Source: Tubiluchus corallicola
Taxonomy: Eukaryota > Animalia > Priapulida
Length of the DNA: 64,000 nt
Direction of reading: 5' to 3'
Assembly (NCBI GenBank): GCA_030141605.1
Contig: JAQGDQ010000010.1
Location: 1,178,001 to 1,242,000, forward strand
Shown: positions 47,901 to 62,994 of the stretch, in pieces
How the letters are laid out: every line of letters starts with the position of its first letter
How positions within the stretch are numbered: position 1 is the stretch's first letter
Notes under the pieces: model-generated
Seen by the model: the letters and a program-made list of their open reading frames with translations, nothing else
Database searches by the model: none
Told to the model about the DNA's origin: nothing
Position numbers and translations under genes: made by a program

Positions 47901-50900
47901 ACTTACCTTTTAATGCTATTTGAAAATAACACTAAAGCTCAAAAATGATATGTAACCTTTTAAATTTTTAAGTAACCCTTTATTCCATCATAAAAAAAGA
48001 AGTACAAGTTTATAACTCAGGGAGTAAATCTATTATAACAGGAATTTCAGCACAGTTATTAGAACATGATTGATAATCCCAGCATGACAACACTTTATAC
48101 ACTCTTGATCATGTGTTGACTGATAAAAACAAAAAACTATAGCCACAATTTGCTATTTCACATTTGATTCCCAAAAATGCTAAGTAACAGGTAGTTCTAC
48201 CTGATAACAGTTAATCTTGAAGAGGAATAGTTGACTTTTTATGAGAAGTAAAAGGTAAAAGGAATTAATGTGAGAAGACAGAAAATTTTCAACCAAAATA
48301 CTGATTGTTAGTAATAGAGAACTACCAGTGTTTCCAAAAGAGTATATCTTCTGTTTTACAACACCCTCTCCGCACAAATGATAGGCAAAAATATAAATTT
48401 CTGTCGGTTACATCAACATAAAGTTGCAGAATGAAGCTTTTGACACTTTGAAAGTGTGTTTTTCATTTCATTGTTACTTTTCTCAACATGTTTTTCACAT
48501 TCTTCCATGAAAATCAATAAGGCTTTGTTAACATGTACAATTTTGCCATTGTATTTGGAGTACTTTTCAAGCGTGGGAGCTACAAAGTTAAAAATAGTCA
48601 AAAAAGCTAATAAAATTGTGCATGTTTATGTAGGCTGTTTCTTTACTTATTTACCAGTAACACCTATACTTCTCATTTAATAAACCAAAAAAAGTATTGC
48701 TAAGTAGAGTTATGGTAAAAGGTTTCATCAAGCGTTTAGCATATAAGGCGTGTGTATGAGTTTAGTGATAGAAACATGTAGTAACAGCTAATTTGACAGC
48801 TTTTGGGTGCAGGATTTAGTCTGCTTACGCTAGTAATGCCTCTCATATTAACCTGATTTATTTTGAAAGTAGGCTATCTTCAGGAGGAAAATTTTGATAC
48901 ATGTGTAATATAACCATTTACCTGAAAATTGGGTTTTTTGTCATTTTTGATAAAAAAGTTTGCACGTTACCTTGCATCCATCCTGTTATTTTATTGAATT
49001 CTGCATTTATTTAGACTTTTGGTTAACATTATCTTTGTACAAGATATAGTGAAGTTTCTTGAACTTGTCTGGCTATCATAGTCTCACCCCACTTGGTCAG
49101 CTTTGCTACTAATAGGACTTTTTAGTAGGATTTTATGACCTCCAGAAAAACAAAATGTAATGTTGGAAACTTTTTTATATATACGCCTATTTTACCTAAT
49201 TTAATATTTCACAATACTGTCATATTAACACACCGTTTATTCAAGATTACACTTTAGTATTATTGAGTATAAACAATTTCTATAATTTTTTGAAAAGCCT
49301 TATTGCTGCTCTCCATCAGTAATGTGCAATTTTCCTGTGCAGTGATGCTTTCAACCTTCTGCAAGACTGCAATCCAAACATTCCATGGTGTATTTAAACT
49401 GAATACAAAATTAACATTTTACCATGGAAGGAGTTGATTCTTCTGCATTTGAATTTCATGTGCTCATTGCTGATGCAAACTTTTGTTTGTGTTTGCAACA
49501 TACACAACCACAATGCCATTAAACTAACAGTAAAATGTGTCTAATTCACCAACATGTAAACAATGAATTCAACCGCTTTTTAAAATATGTACTTATTCTA
49601 GTGAACTGTTTGCATTTACTGGTCATCTAACTGTTTGTTTCATGTTCTTTACTGAAGCTTGGTAACAATTTCACTTAAAATTTGTTCATAGAGTAGTTAG
49701 CTGAAGTATTTTTTATGTGAATGCGGCTAGCTGATACCCGTAAAGGTGGCAAAATATACATAGCTTCTCTGTTGTACATGTTGTCTTGAATTTGGTTTGT
49801 TTGACAAGTTAATTATGCAATTCCACTGAAGTTTATTAGCTTTGCATTCACTAGGTCAGTAAATTCAAACCAGCACCTTAAACAGAAACTTCGTGTTATT
49901 TATTCACAGTGTTCAGCAACAATTATGCTTGATCTGAAGTTTTCCATGTTTACAGTGATTTTGCAATCAGTTATTTGACAAAGGATGATTGTGGTCGGGA
50001 GCTGTACCTCAGCTTGTTGTCAGATTGGGATCTTGATGCTGCCTTTCTCAGTGCCTCTGATCCATGCCTTGTGCTCAAAGTTGATACCAAGCCATTTGAA
50101 GAAGGTATAGTTCTGCTAACTTGAGTACTTAGTAATAGTGCAGTTAGCAGTCATTGTGGCAGTGGTAGGCAGGTAGGTGGTAGTTGTAGTGATGGTAGTA
50201 AAAGGTACAGGTGGTAGAAGTGTTGCTAGTGATGGTAGCTATACAGTAAAGATTGTTGTCATAAAACAAAACCTGTAAAAATTACGGAATAGCAATTCGC
50301 TGAGTCAGCTTAAAAAATTAATGTTGTTCACGGCACGTCATTCGGTGAATTTAAGCTAATAAAAGCATGTGCAACAAAACAGTTTTACAGAAATACTAAT
50401 GCAAAATGTTTTACAAGATTTATCAGTCATAATTATAGTATTATTTATAATAGTACTTTTGCAACGGGCATTATTGTTGCTTGCTTATTTTTATAGATTC
50501 TTACTTGCTTAAGGTTATCCAACACTTTCAGTGAAGACGTGTTTCCCTCTTATCTATGACTTCTTACTTGTCTAAAGATTCTGGATTGACATTCTGTGAA
50601 AATATTGACATGTTCACTGAGTATCCACATGCCCGTCGCTGAAGAACTTACTGATGCTGGCATGTCTATATACATATGTATACATACATTTTACAACATT
50701 TTTATTTGTTGTAGTTTACGTTTCCAAATGTCCATTAATGCATACTTCTAGTTAACATATAATAGTCTATTGCTCAACTGAAATTGTACTATTAGGTATG
50801 CATTTAGATATTGAGATATTCACTGTTATTTTTAGGATTGGAAGACTGGGATATGATACAGCAAATGGACATGCCACGTACTGTACAGTTTCCTAACTTT

Positions 50901-53900
50901 GCAATGCCAGACAGACAAGCCTTAGCTGGAATCACTGGTTCTATCCTCACTCATGTAAGTTAAAGATGGTGAAATATTGTCGATAATTGCTGTGTGAGCT
51001 CACAATTAATTGTTTTGTAATCCACTTAGCCCTGAAAAGCAGCTGTCACATGTGAATGACTAGTGCTAGAATAATTAAAGTAAAATGTTTTGAAAGTTTG
51101 CAGTGGTTTGGTTGACAGAAGATGTTGCAGTTGATAAGGGTGTAGCTACTGCATTGCAACTTAATAACAAGTTTTTCTGTGTCCTGTTGCCATAATTGAA
51201 AGCAGTTTATTTTCGTAGGATTAGCTAACATGTTGCAATTGTTGTAAGACTGTTCTAATACTGCTTCTTGCTGGGTTCTAACCCATGAGATTTATAGGAA
51301 AGCTTTTTTCTTACAACTATTATTCATTTAGAGCAAGCCATCAAGTTTAGTATTGCATGTGAGAAGTATTTTGCTTGGTATAAAGAGGTGTGGTGAGTTC
51401 CTCAAAAAGTGTGGAAATGGTTGCGCTAACTAACAGTGAGTAACAAACAAGTAACAGAGTAAGATAATCACAAATTTGCGTAATTCTATTGAGCATATCA
51501 GGAATTTTTTTAAATTGCCTTGCCTGTGGTGAAATAGAATATTTTGTTCACTTATTCGTTTATCATTTTCGTTCACTAATTTGGCTGACATCATACTTAT
51601 TCAAATAAGTACTTTGATGGTCGTTTGCATTGCTTAATTTTTGTACTCTCACTCAAAATATAATATTCTAGATTTCTGAAGTAGAGACTTGAATGTTTCT
51701 TGCTTCAGCACTGAATTTGTCTAGCTTTTGTAATTTCTTGCTTGGATTATTAATTTGGGTGATGTGTTGGTTTTTACTAGAAGTTAATATATATTTTTTT
51801 TGTTACAAAAATCAGTGATTTTCCAGGTTGGCAAGACAGTTACAAAGATGGGGCGAACGCTTGGATTTGGTGGAGATGCTGAAGTCAGATCGCTAAGACC
51901 ACCCGTGAGTGACCAAGAGCTTCGAGAGTGTTTTATGGATCCCATTGGACATCTTCATGCCCCCCAAGAGTTGCGATTGGCCGTGTACCTTGGAGGTGTG
52001 GAGCCACAATTGCGAAAAGTGATTTGGCGTCATCTTTTGAATGTATGCCCGGCAAATTTCTCTGGAAGTCAGCGCTATGAGTACATGAAACAGAAAAAAG
52101 AGGAGTACTATAAACTACGTGATATATGGAAAAAGCAATTCATTGATGCTCAAATGTCCGATGAAGTAAAATACATAACAAACTTAGTGCGCAAGGATGT
52201 TTTGCGCACTGATCGTAGTCTTCCTTTTTACGCTGGCGCAGACGATAATAAAAATGTGATGGCATTGTTTAATATCTTAACCACATATGCATATACGCAC
52301 CCTGAAGTATGTTATTGTCAGGGTATGAGTGACATTGCGTCTCCCTTGCTTGTGACTATGAAAGATGAAGCATACGCTTATATTTGCTTTTGTGGACTGA
52401 TGAAACGGTTGCGACCAAACTTTTTACTTGATGGCGTGGCAATGACACAGAAATTTCAACATCTCTCTGAACTCCTTCAGCACCTTGATCCCACATTCTA
52501 TGAGTATTTAAAGCATCAAGGAGCAGACGATCTTCTGTTCTGCTATCGTTGGTTGCTACTGGAATTAAAGCGAGAATTTGCATTTGAGGATGCCCTTTAT
52601 ATGCTAGAAGTGATGTGGAGTACGATTCCTCCTGACCCTCCTGATTCTGAGCTACAATTAGCTGATCCAAATTTTGAAGATGTGCATCAGTCATCATCAT
52701 CATCTCCATTAAGTCTCAAGGAGAATCCATACACTCGACTACGAGCAATACGTCGTCAGACTTCAGCTTCTAGTAGTCCTATTGTTAAAGAAGCTCCAGC
52801 AAATGTGCTTTCTCCTGATCAATGTTGCTTACAGAAGTTTCAGCCTGATGACGATGAAGAGCTGGAAACTGAAACAGCAATTTCCACACTAGAGTATAGA
52901 GCTTTAACAAATGCAATGACACGTCAGTTGCGTACTGAGCTATCTAGTCTGAATCATTCCATTGCGACTGATGAACGCTTGGATGTAAATACTCCTATAA
53001 GTCCCTGTGATGAAGAATTTTGTGGATTTATAAACAGTCCTAAAACATGTGATGAAGAAGAAAGATCGGAAAATGCCATAATGGATGAAAGTCAAGAAAT
53101 AATATTTCACCATCGAAATGACAGTGGGTCTCCTTCCCGCAACAGTTTTCCCATGAGTAAAGTCAAAGTAAAAATGCAGTCAAATCAGATGAATGTGGAT
53201 ACTGATTTAGACTCTCGAAAACTAACTGATAATATGAAAAGAAATTGTGCTGGATTTGACTGCAATGAGGAAGAGGAGGAACTATATAATGGAGAAACTG
53301 TAGAATCTGTAAAAGAGGCAGGCGAGCCATACAGAGAACTTAAAGTTGTGAACATGCACAGCAGTGCGATGGTTGATCAAACTAAACCAAATGCTAAAAT
53401 GAACAATGAAGACAAGAACTTGTATAGTGATAGCACTAATGACAAGCCTTCCAGTAGTGGTAGCAAAATACACCGACCTTCGTCATTAGGAAACCTAAAG
53501 AAGTTTTTTTCGGATCGTTTGCATGACATGGTGTCACCAAGTAAACCTGAAGCTGACATGCAGCCATTGAGCTCATCAACAGAGATGGGGATATCAGCTA
53601 ACAGTTATGAAAAAATGGAAAGCGAGTCTGAACAGAGCCTAAGTTCTGATTTTGAATCCCTAAATTTTGGCGAGAATCTACGTCCTTTGTGTCCCCCGGA
53701 AGAGTTTGGCGGTGGTAACCCATTCCTGATGTTTTTGTGTCTGACACTTTTGCTCCAACACCGTATATACATCATGAAGAATAAGATGGACTACAATGAA
53801 ATTGCCATGCATTTTGACAAGATGGTGCGCAGCCATGATGTGCATCGAGTATTGCAGGCAGCTAGGACGATGTACAGTGAGTATCTAAAACAATGGCGGA

Positions 53901-53977
53901 GCGAACGAGAATCAAGCAGAAATGCCGCCGAGTTGACAAACACAAAAACTAACTTCCCTGGCCTTCAATGTCTGTGA
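44967..53977 (+). CDS. TBC1D25: TBC1 domain family member 25 (OATL1) Rab-GAP, ~860 aa (exons 44967-45020, 47591-47700, 49956-50104, 50836-50954, 51827-53977)
   Basis: N-terminal REAVRVKVKKCE, FSVDPQITSFEVLQ and LLSDWDLDAAF; LIR motif LEDWDMI; TBC R-finger RKDVLRTDR and Q-finger YCQGMSD; LLFCYRWLLLELKREF; C-terminal EFGGGNPFLMFLCL. Phases consistent (2583 nt). Confidence 0.95.
45853..46756. mobile_element. Tc1/mariner-pogo-type MITE, family A, copy 2 (TBC1D25 intron 1)
   Basis: Termini TA|CAGTAGGCGCCGCGTAATAGACTCAC ... GTGAGTCTGTTAAGCAGCTCCTGCTG|TA. Colinear with 17285-18103 but carries about 130 extra internal bp (~46090-46215). Confidence 0.85.
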
Positions 53978-56615
53978 TACTGCTACACTTCATCAGTTCA
54001 GCTGTAAGATGAGTATTTTTTAAATATTTCGTTTTAGATATTGCTTCAATTTTTGTTGCCTGATTGGCATATGCCTTGAATTTATAACCTAACCTAATAT
54101 TGAGAATGGAACATATGCTTTATATTATATAAGCTATATTAGTTCTCTAGCCATAATTGCAAAATACCCATTGAATTCTGTCGAGGATCCATGTTGAGTC
54201 TAAAAAGTACTTTTTCGACTGGTAACAGCCAGCAGTTTGCAATGGTAGAATTAGTTATTTTATAATGCATGCTCTAATTTCAGGCTTGGTATTCCATTTT
54301 ATGCACTTCTAAGATGAAAGGGGCTGTTTTCTAACATTTGCTAGAGTAAAATGGAATATGGAATTGGAAAATTTAATGTTAGTAATGTACATTACATTTA
54401 ATTTGTGCTAGTATTGTGCATCTAGTTATTGCTTTCTGCGTGTGTAACTGCTCAAGCAAAACTACTTGTATGTCTAAATCCATGACTTGTGTTTTAAAAC
54501 AGTTTTGAGTTAAAGCCTAGGATAGATGTTTGAGTACTTGGATTTTTCATTATATTCAAGGTGCACATCTACTGTAAAATGAGTAATGCAGCAATTGTTT
54601 ATAATAAGTGACGCCCAATTAGTTCAGTTGTTTTACAACTCGATAGAGTTTGTCTTGTCTAAAATGAGGGCTGGATTTAGATCTTGGGGGCCAGAGGCAC
54701 TTCGTGTTCAGGGGCCCATTACATTCTTCCCTGTTATCACTCCATTTCCTGTCGCTGTATATAATCATTGCTGCTGTCCTACTCATACCGTCTCACCACA
54801 CTGACTTCCTTCGGGTTCATAAGTTACGCTGGAAAACAACGTTTCATACCAATAAGCTTGGTTCATACGACTGTTCGCTGTTCGCATCCAAAATCGGCTT
54901 GCAGTACTGATTCAACTGGGTTTTTCGCTCGCACTTTCGAGGTTCCTATGTAATTCAGGACTTTTCGGGCACTCAGACCTAGCCTATTGAGTAGCTTAGT
55001 CTGGTGTGCACTTGCGTGATCGTACAAACTATTTTATTGATTGCCCACTTGCTACAGCCCAAGCTGTACAGTGTTCTGCTGCAATTCCAGGAAAAACCTA
55101 CCGATCTAAAAATAGAGTAGACTTGAGGCCAAAGTGTGTCAGAGTGTTGTGTCTAGATAGTTGAAATTTTCTGCCGTAGCCGATTTCACACAAGTGACAC
55201 TGTACTTTGTTACAGTGCAAACACTGCAGTTACTGAAAGCTTTTTACAATTTATTCATAAAATTCAATTTTTAATTTGTCTGAGGTAAGCAAATGCATTT
55301 CATATATAATTTTGCATGGAAGTCCATTGTGTGAGGAGTAGAAATCTAAAAAATTATCAAATATGACTTTGTTACTATTTGGTGAGAGCAGTTTTTCATG
55401 AACCCATGCAAAATGCAGCAAACACAGTCCTGAAATAGTTATTGTTACTGTTGTGCATTATTTTTACATGGAATGCTGTTAAGCATCTGCCTTTTCATGG
55501 TCACCTTGCCAGTTGCAGGATTACTTTGTATGCAGACTATTATACAGTAATATGTACAATGCTCATTGCATTAGTGCATTGTATTTGTAAACATACGTGT
55601 TCCAGCAGTCCTTCTTTTGGATGTGGGAAATTAGGTTCCTTAATATCAGATGGTCAAACAATTTGGATCTTTTCTATTGAGTAAATCATCAGGGCTCCCT
55701 GGGTAATTTATTAGCCTGAATTTTGAAATTAAATATTTTTTACACTATATTTTGTTATTGTTTTAGTATTGTAAATCCTAACTGGGCTGTCTAAGCTATG
55801 GCAACAGCCAGTGCGGCAGTGCTTTCACAGAAAAATTTGTCACAGATTTGACAGTGTGCAATTCATCTATGATTTAGTGTTGATTAAATTTTGTCAGATG
55901 GAAGACAGTTCATTACTTTAAATGTAAATTAGTAAAATTAAACTGTAAAACTAGTAGTGATAGGATCATCGTAAATAATTTTATATTCAAATTGCCATTG
56001 CCGAGTGCTGTAGCATTGTATTGTTACCATACAAAGGCAACTCACTTGTGGCTATAGTTTTTAACTATTCACAGTTATAATTAGTAATTGTTTCAGATAC
56101 AAATATTTTAGCGATTAGGTTTTTAGTAATGTTTAACAGGATGTTCAAAAATAGTCTTGAAATAATGACATTTATGTTAGAGCTAACATTGTAAATGAAA
56201 TGAGAAACTTAATCAGTTTTCAAATATACTTGTTTTAAATATGAATACTAGACTGCTCTAGCAGGTAGCTTTAATTAATGTGCACTCATTTAAATAGGCA
56301 CCATTTATTAAAATATAGCCTGTTAAAGGGAAAACACAATGTTTATAATTTACAAAGCTGGTTGTGTTTTGGAAAACCATTATGGTTTACTGCTTCTCAT
56401 TGTTTTACCTCTGTCATGTGATGTTATTTTTATTTAGTGTTTTTCTTTATGATGGCTGCTAAAACTGCTTCACTATTATGCTTTATTTGTGATTTATTTA
56501 TATATAAAATAAGCCTACCTCATTGCTGCAAGACTGCTCCTAGTTTATATTAAAAGTAATTTTATTTAATGTTTTTGGTCTTTTGAGTACATGTATTAGG
56601 AATCTATAGTCACTA

Positions 56616-56789
56616 CAGTCCTCGTTATCACACCACCCTTTATAATGCCACCTCAGTTAATGCCCGTATTTTTAGCAGAATAAAATATCGATATTTGCGT
56701 AGACATGTAGCACTTCATTATAGTGCTGAACTTGCTTAACGACAACTTATTTTGCAGTCCCAAGTAGGCGATATAAAGTGGTTTAACTG
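56616..56789. mobile_element. Short pogo/Tigger-like MITE, family B, copy 2
   Basis: TA|CAGTCCTCGTTATCA ... TTTTGCAGTCCCAAGTAGGCGATATAAAGTGGTTTAACTG; similar to 20051-20238. Confidence 0.55.
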
Positions 56790-58635
56790 ATTACAAACGT
56801 CAGAGATTAAAAAGAGTCTTTTCATTCCTTTTTTGTTAAACCTAGATGCTGTTTTAAATAAGTATTTTGGAAAAAGTGAATAACTTAGTTATTAGAATCA
56901 AAATTTTATTATGAATATACGTGTCAACCTTCCTAGTTCCATCAGTCTCCATAGTCAATTCTTAACTAGTAAAGCAACCGAATATCTTAAGTCAAATATT
57001 TATAGCTTATGGCATTTGGTCGATATTAAATGGTGTATTTATCCTGGCTTGGTTATCACTAAACTTGAATTTATAAAGAACTTTTAATTGCAAATGAAGA
57101 CATTAAATTCTATAAAGTAAAAGTCGGCATTTAAAGGCACAAGCTTTTATTGGAAAAGTTAGTAGGGCTAAAAATAATAATAGTAAACTGATATTGTAAG
57201 TATTATTTTGTTTTTTCTATATTATTCTCGGTGTAAGCTATTGGAAATCCTTGTTTATGTGGATTCTTACAACTTATTTATTATTATTTAATATTATATG
57301 TATTAATAGTATATTATTGTTACAATAAGAAATAATTATTTTTTCTCTACTTGAATATGTTTTTGTGTATCTTGTTTGATGGTTTACTGATGTCTTTGAA
57401 TTGTATTTCAAATAATTATGTATTTTGATGTTTATATTCTTTTCTGGAGTTGGCTGTACATTTCTGCTAATGTATTAAATTTAATATACTAGTCATAATT
57501 ATTCTAAATTTATTTTAATGTTTTTGCCTTTCACTTTAGAATGTTTTGCAAAACTAAGGAGACCAATAGACACTGCTACGTGCAGGTAGTAACATACAAG
57601 TTAAAAAAATACGAATTTTGCGACTTGCAATTTTGAGTGTTGAATAATTGTTATAAAGCATAATAACTGCATAGTTTTTTAAAAACAAACTTTAATCAAG
57701 TAATTTGGTGCCAACATGCAATTTAACTGGGTAACAAAGACAGATTCCCATTTGGCATATAGGTAAAGTGTAGTATATTTTTACCAGAAAAGTGCATAAT
57801 TTGCACAGGCATACCAGTCAAACTTTTACATTGATTACATTATTAGTGCTGCTTAAGTACTAGTGACAATAATATATTGCTCGACGACCTTGTTTGCTTT
57901 GTTGTGCCAGGTTATATAATACTAACCAGATGAAACGGCAAAAACTAGAGAGAAAACATTTGCAGTCATTCTAATTAAAAATTTTATATAATGCCATTCA
58001 CGCAATATCATATTATTTGGCACGGGTTTTGTTATTTGTACATAGTGATGATGTACAGTAAAATCCTTCATTACATTCTTTATCCAAGATTTACTAATTT
58101 GAATTTCTAGAAATAAATATTTCATAAATACATAAATTTAACAAATTGAGATTGCAAATTGCAGGAAGGAGACTTAAGTATCACAGAGTATACAACAATA
58201 CAAAGATACTTAAAAACTTGAAATAATGCCAAAAGAGCAATTTTAATGAACTATTTTTTCTATAAAATCTTCAGAGCATTGTAGCTACACTGCTTGCATC
58301 TTTGTGACAGAAAAGGAACAATCACATGGAATTAGAATAGACTGTTACGGCGACCAGCGGTGAGATGCGAATAATCTTTTTTCTGCAAACAAATGATTTA
58401 TGTTATCACAGTTACAGTCTCTGAGTTTATGTCATTAATAGGTTAACATCATCCACTTTGCACCCAGTTTGGTAATGATAGGCAATTACACCAGTCACTT
58501 GGATTACTGTGCACATATAGTCACATATTGTGCATTTTAAGTGGTTAACTACAGAAAGTGTAGTGCATTTAGCAGTAAATTGTTGGAGCATATCACACTG
58601 TGACAGAAACATACTGCACTGACCCATGGGTGACA

Positions 58636-60295
58636 TCACACTTTACTCTTGTCTAGAGATGTGTTTAACGAGTGATTCCGATACATCCCACATGTTCCCA
58701 AGTGCTGAAAAAATGTAGTGATCGAAACATTAACTGGAATGTTTTCCACTTTATGATTCTAGTGGCATTTTTAGGTTGCAGCCTGAAACTTGCAGTGTAA
58801 TGTTATATTGAATACTTTAAGTGCAAGCTGCTTACCCTGTATTATATCAGTGATACATTTTAGTTTTTTGTGAATTACAAAAACTTTGTATAGTAACAAC
58901 GACATTAGACTTTAAAAACACTGTGCTAGAAATAAACCTTTGCTATTACTTCAGTTTATCTAAACATGCAGGTAATAGACATCACATTCTGGGATGTAAA
59001 AATACATCACTTCAGTGTGCAATTTCTAATGAAAGTTTGTAAATGTAATTTATACCTACATTATGTAATGGAAAGAATGAATGGTTTTTTATTTAAATGG
59101 GATGAAGTTACTTTGATCTTATGTGCTTACAATGGCATTATACAATCAATCACATAATTTACATATGCTAAATAAATAAACGATGTATTTATGATAAGAC
59201 AGAAAATGTTTTATTTGAAAGTGTTGCATAAAACTGGCTCATTATTTTGCAACATTCTACATTCTTCTTGCTCCTCAGACACTGTCTACTCGTGTGCTAA
59301 AGACTTGTAACACAATCTCAACAAAGTTAAATTTTGCCTTTAAGCTATTGAATTGCACACTACTCTGTATGCTCTTACACATTACAAAAATAGCTTGCCA
59401 AAGAAATGCTTATAAAGGTGGATTAAAAAAGTACCAGGGAAAATTTCTGTGATCTCCCATGGTATGTGACAGGCATCGTGTGAACATTTGGTGGATATTC
59501 CCCGTAGGAATCTGATGTTCGGCGATACATGGGGTGTCGGCAGCTGTTGACTCTAGGTCCGTAACCTCGAAATAGCTCTATTCAAATGTCAAAAATAGTG
59601 TAATGTTAATAGGTGAGTGCACACAAAAATATATAAGTTTTTATATGTCTAATAAAAACTAATATATTTATAATATGTCTAATATCCGCACATTCTTCTT
59701 ATGTAGATAGTTTCAGTACTCGATAAAACCTCAAAACACAAAATTTAAATAGCATTTAAACTGTCCTAAATTTTACTAACTGCAGAAAGTGCAGTTCAAC
59801 TCAGCACTAAGCATATTGCTAACTTGTGCAAAAGTAAGAAATGCTATGGTATAGATGACAAGGTTAGACAATGTGAATGGCTGGCTTTAGGTGCACAAAC
59901 ATTATCACGAGCAGAGAAGCTCAGCCGTTCTAGTACTAGCAATGCTTGCTTTGAAAAACCAGCACTGAGTTGAACCAATAGAGTGTTTGGTACAACTCTG
60001 AGTCAACTTCTGGTATCAATCTTGGCTGCTGATCCTTTAGCAGAAGTCAACCTAAGCTGGTGCACAGAATGAACTAGCTTATGCTATACAGGGTACAAAT
60101 TTAGCATTTGATTCAACTGGAAATAAGGATAGGCAGCTAAAAAAATTTGCTTGCCCAGTTGTCCTATGCAACAACGCTAAAGAATCCTATGCAATAACTG
60201 AATTTGAAGCAAGACTCAATCTCCTTGTTGAATTTTGTGTAAAAAGTATTGAAATGCTAACTGCATATGTTTTACAAAAAATATATTAGTCAGAG

Positions 60296-60340
<45 letters not shown>

Positions 60341-62353
60341 AAAATATACACAAACCGATATAATAAACAACACAACACAAAACAACAACAGCACCAGACT
60401 ATTACAAAATCCTCGAACTCTTACCGCATTTACGAAAATTCCACTTTAAGTAGGGCCCTGCGACTTACCAGGCTTGTCAAATCTTTCGGGAAGATTCCGC
60501 GTTTTGTAAATATCTGATGTCCGCATTGATGCTGTGTGCCTCTCCAGAGCTGGATATCTGTTGTTTAGTGGCATTATACATCCTTTGTGTCCAACTTCAG
60601 CAGTTTGCTGGTTTGACAAAAACACAATCAAACAAGCAAATATTAGATTAAATTTAAAAAATATATAATTTATTTCATTTGAAATTTGCAGTTCAAAATC
60701 TTCTAGCAGGAAACATGAAATTACACAAAAAAGTATTTACGAATAATAAAGTTGAAGACCATGAAAAATTAATTAAACATTTAAGTTTGAAAAACTTATA
60801 TAAGTATGACATTCTGATAAATTTTTTGTGCATTTTAGAAAGCATTGACTTTTGAGAGCTTTTAACTGCAAACAATGATAGACACTTTGTTGGTTCTCTC
60901 TATGCTTCTACAACGTGTTCACGGTTACCCACAAATAGTTAGCAGAAAAATTATCAATGCACAATTGATAATTACATACCTCATCAGTTGATCCTAGGTG
61001 ATTACCTGAACCAGTAAGTGCGTCTTTTTCTGTGGGGTTTTGAGTTAACTACAATATAGAAATATTTCTGGATCAGTGAATCCCACATTTTACAATATAA
61101 AACAAAAAAATTGCAAGAAAATGATGTAATCAGCATACAGCATATAGCTTAGTCTAGCGCGACTAGTATGTTAAACTGGTACACATGCTGTGGCTAAATT
61201 TTACATATTATTCACTATAAACTGATGATGGGGCACAACTGGTTGCTAATGTCTCCTCAAGGCTGTAAACCACTGCTCAAAAAAGTTTAGTGCATTAGAA
61301 GTGTACGTGAGCTTACTACATGACTTTGCAGATTACTTATAAATCAAGCCTCATCAAACTTATTTTGTCAAGAGCTCTTGCAACTGGCAGAAATGACTCC
61401 TAAAAACCAAACAAATTATTTAGTTAATGTGTGATAAATAGACTCAGCCAGTGGCATAATTTAGTTGCAATCATTAGTACAATGTCAACCACACACTAAG
61501 TAACACAGAATTTAAACATCAAAATAAACTGAGGCTGTCAGTCAGCATTCAACTACATGGAGTTGTCAAAATGTCGGAAATTTTTGCTTTCAGTAATTCA
61601 AAATCACCATAATTCGCAATATACAATTCGCAAAAAATTCTGATATTCTTAATTGCACTTCTATAGCTAGTTATTTCAATTAGGTATTTTGTCACATATA
61701 AAGTCACTAACAGGAAACATCAAAACTGCACAGATTTAGGCAAAATAAACTATTTTATCGAAAACAGTAAAGAAGTTTCATACCAACAGACTCATCAGCC
61801 AGAGGTGGTAATGTTACAGCTGGCTTACAGCAGAGAATCCCAGATTGGGCAGAGGCTAACAGTTACGTAGTAATGCCTAAGTCATAAGTAAGATGTAACC
61901 AAAGTGATAGAGGGAAGTGTTGGGACAATTGAAGCCGTAGTGTTCTTACACACAGCGATACCAAGAATTACTATTGAAACCGATATTTTCTCTGCGTATT
62001 CAAATTCCTCCATACGAGAAATAGTTGACTAGAAATTTGGTTCCAGGTAGAAACTGAGTAGCACATACCAAATGGACACTTTCCATTAAGTTAAATGTCA
62101 GCAATATAAAAGACAAAAATGAAATTGCTCACAAGTGACAATAACCCAGTTGTAAATGTATAACTATTTAACACTCAATAATGATCTAATGATCAATAAT
62201 ATGAAAAAATGGCAAGTTTTCTCAACTTACCAGTTCATAATCAGTTTGTGAATAGCCAAATTCATTTTTGAAATTCATCGGCATTATAGCATCTTGCCTT
62301 TGGTATAGTGTGTCATCATCAACGGATATTTGTGCAACCTTTGACACATCCAT
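58636..62353 (-). CDS. PIERCE1: PIERCE1-like (C9orf116/DUF4490) ciliary microtubule inner protein, ~180 aa (exons 62353-62231, 61048-60980, 60607-60469, 59577-59435, 58704-58636)
   Basis: The spliced translation RTSDIYKTRNLPERFDKPELFRGYG...HPMYRRTSDSYGEYPPNVHTMPVTYHGRSQKFSLHLGTCGMYRNHSLNTSLDKSKV* parallels recalled PIERCE1 motifs (RTSDYY, LPGRFNNPGWFRGY, YRTSNQAYG, PTVHEMP, GMFRNNTLN). The last three exons are firm; the first two are inferred from splice phase only. Confidence 0.85.
60298..60337. repeat. (TA)n microsatellite
   Basis: Near-perfect TA run. Confidence 0.95.
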
Positions 62354-62994
62354 ACAGGTTATAGATAATTTGAGCAACGGCAGGCTATGCAGAATCTAAT
62401 GACTTGTAAATGCTGAAATGGCAGAGTCAAAAACTAAGTTAAGAAACATCACAATACCAGACATGTGCATCAAATTCCTATTTTGTTAAAATAACCTTGC
62501 ATACATGTGCCAAACAAATGCTTTTTGCATGTGGAAAATTAGAGCAGCAGAGCAATGGATTTTAATTGTCATTATATATCAACTCAGTGATGGATCACAG
62601 TCATAGCAAACTAAAACTCAAATGCATTTGGGTTAAAAAGTAATACAAGCTAGACAAACCAGTATTTGAATTTAGTTTAGTGTATGCAATTTTTTATTTT
62701 TTATGTTAGTTTGAGAAATACAGTCATCCTGGTATAAAGCAAAATTTCATCTGACAAAATAACACATTAATGAGCCATTTAAACTGAAATTATTAATTAT
62801 TACAACGATTAGCAAAGTCCAGTGAACTAAACCTTTGTAAAATACACTAGAAAGAACCTGACCTAAACAGTGTATTGTATCATCAGCTGATCAACATTCA
62901 ACACCATGACAATCTTCAACAATAATGACTAGACAATCATCTATTGTCAGATAGATGAATAACATCAACAATGTTTAGTAAAATACACAATAGC

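Noticed and set aside
52650-53680. Long Ser/Glu-rich insert within TBC1D25 as a novel domain
   Set aside because: TBC1D25 orthologs have a variable low-complexity region at this position; it looks disordered rather than novel.
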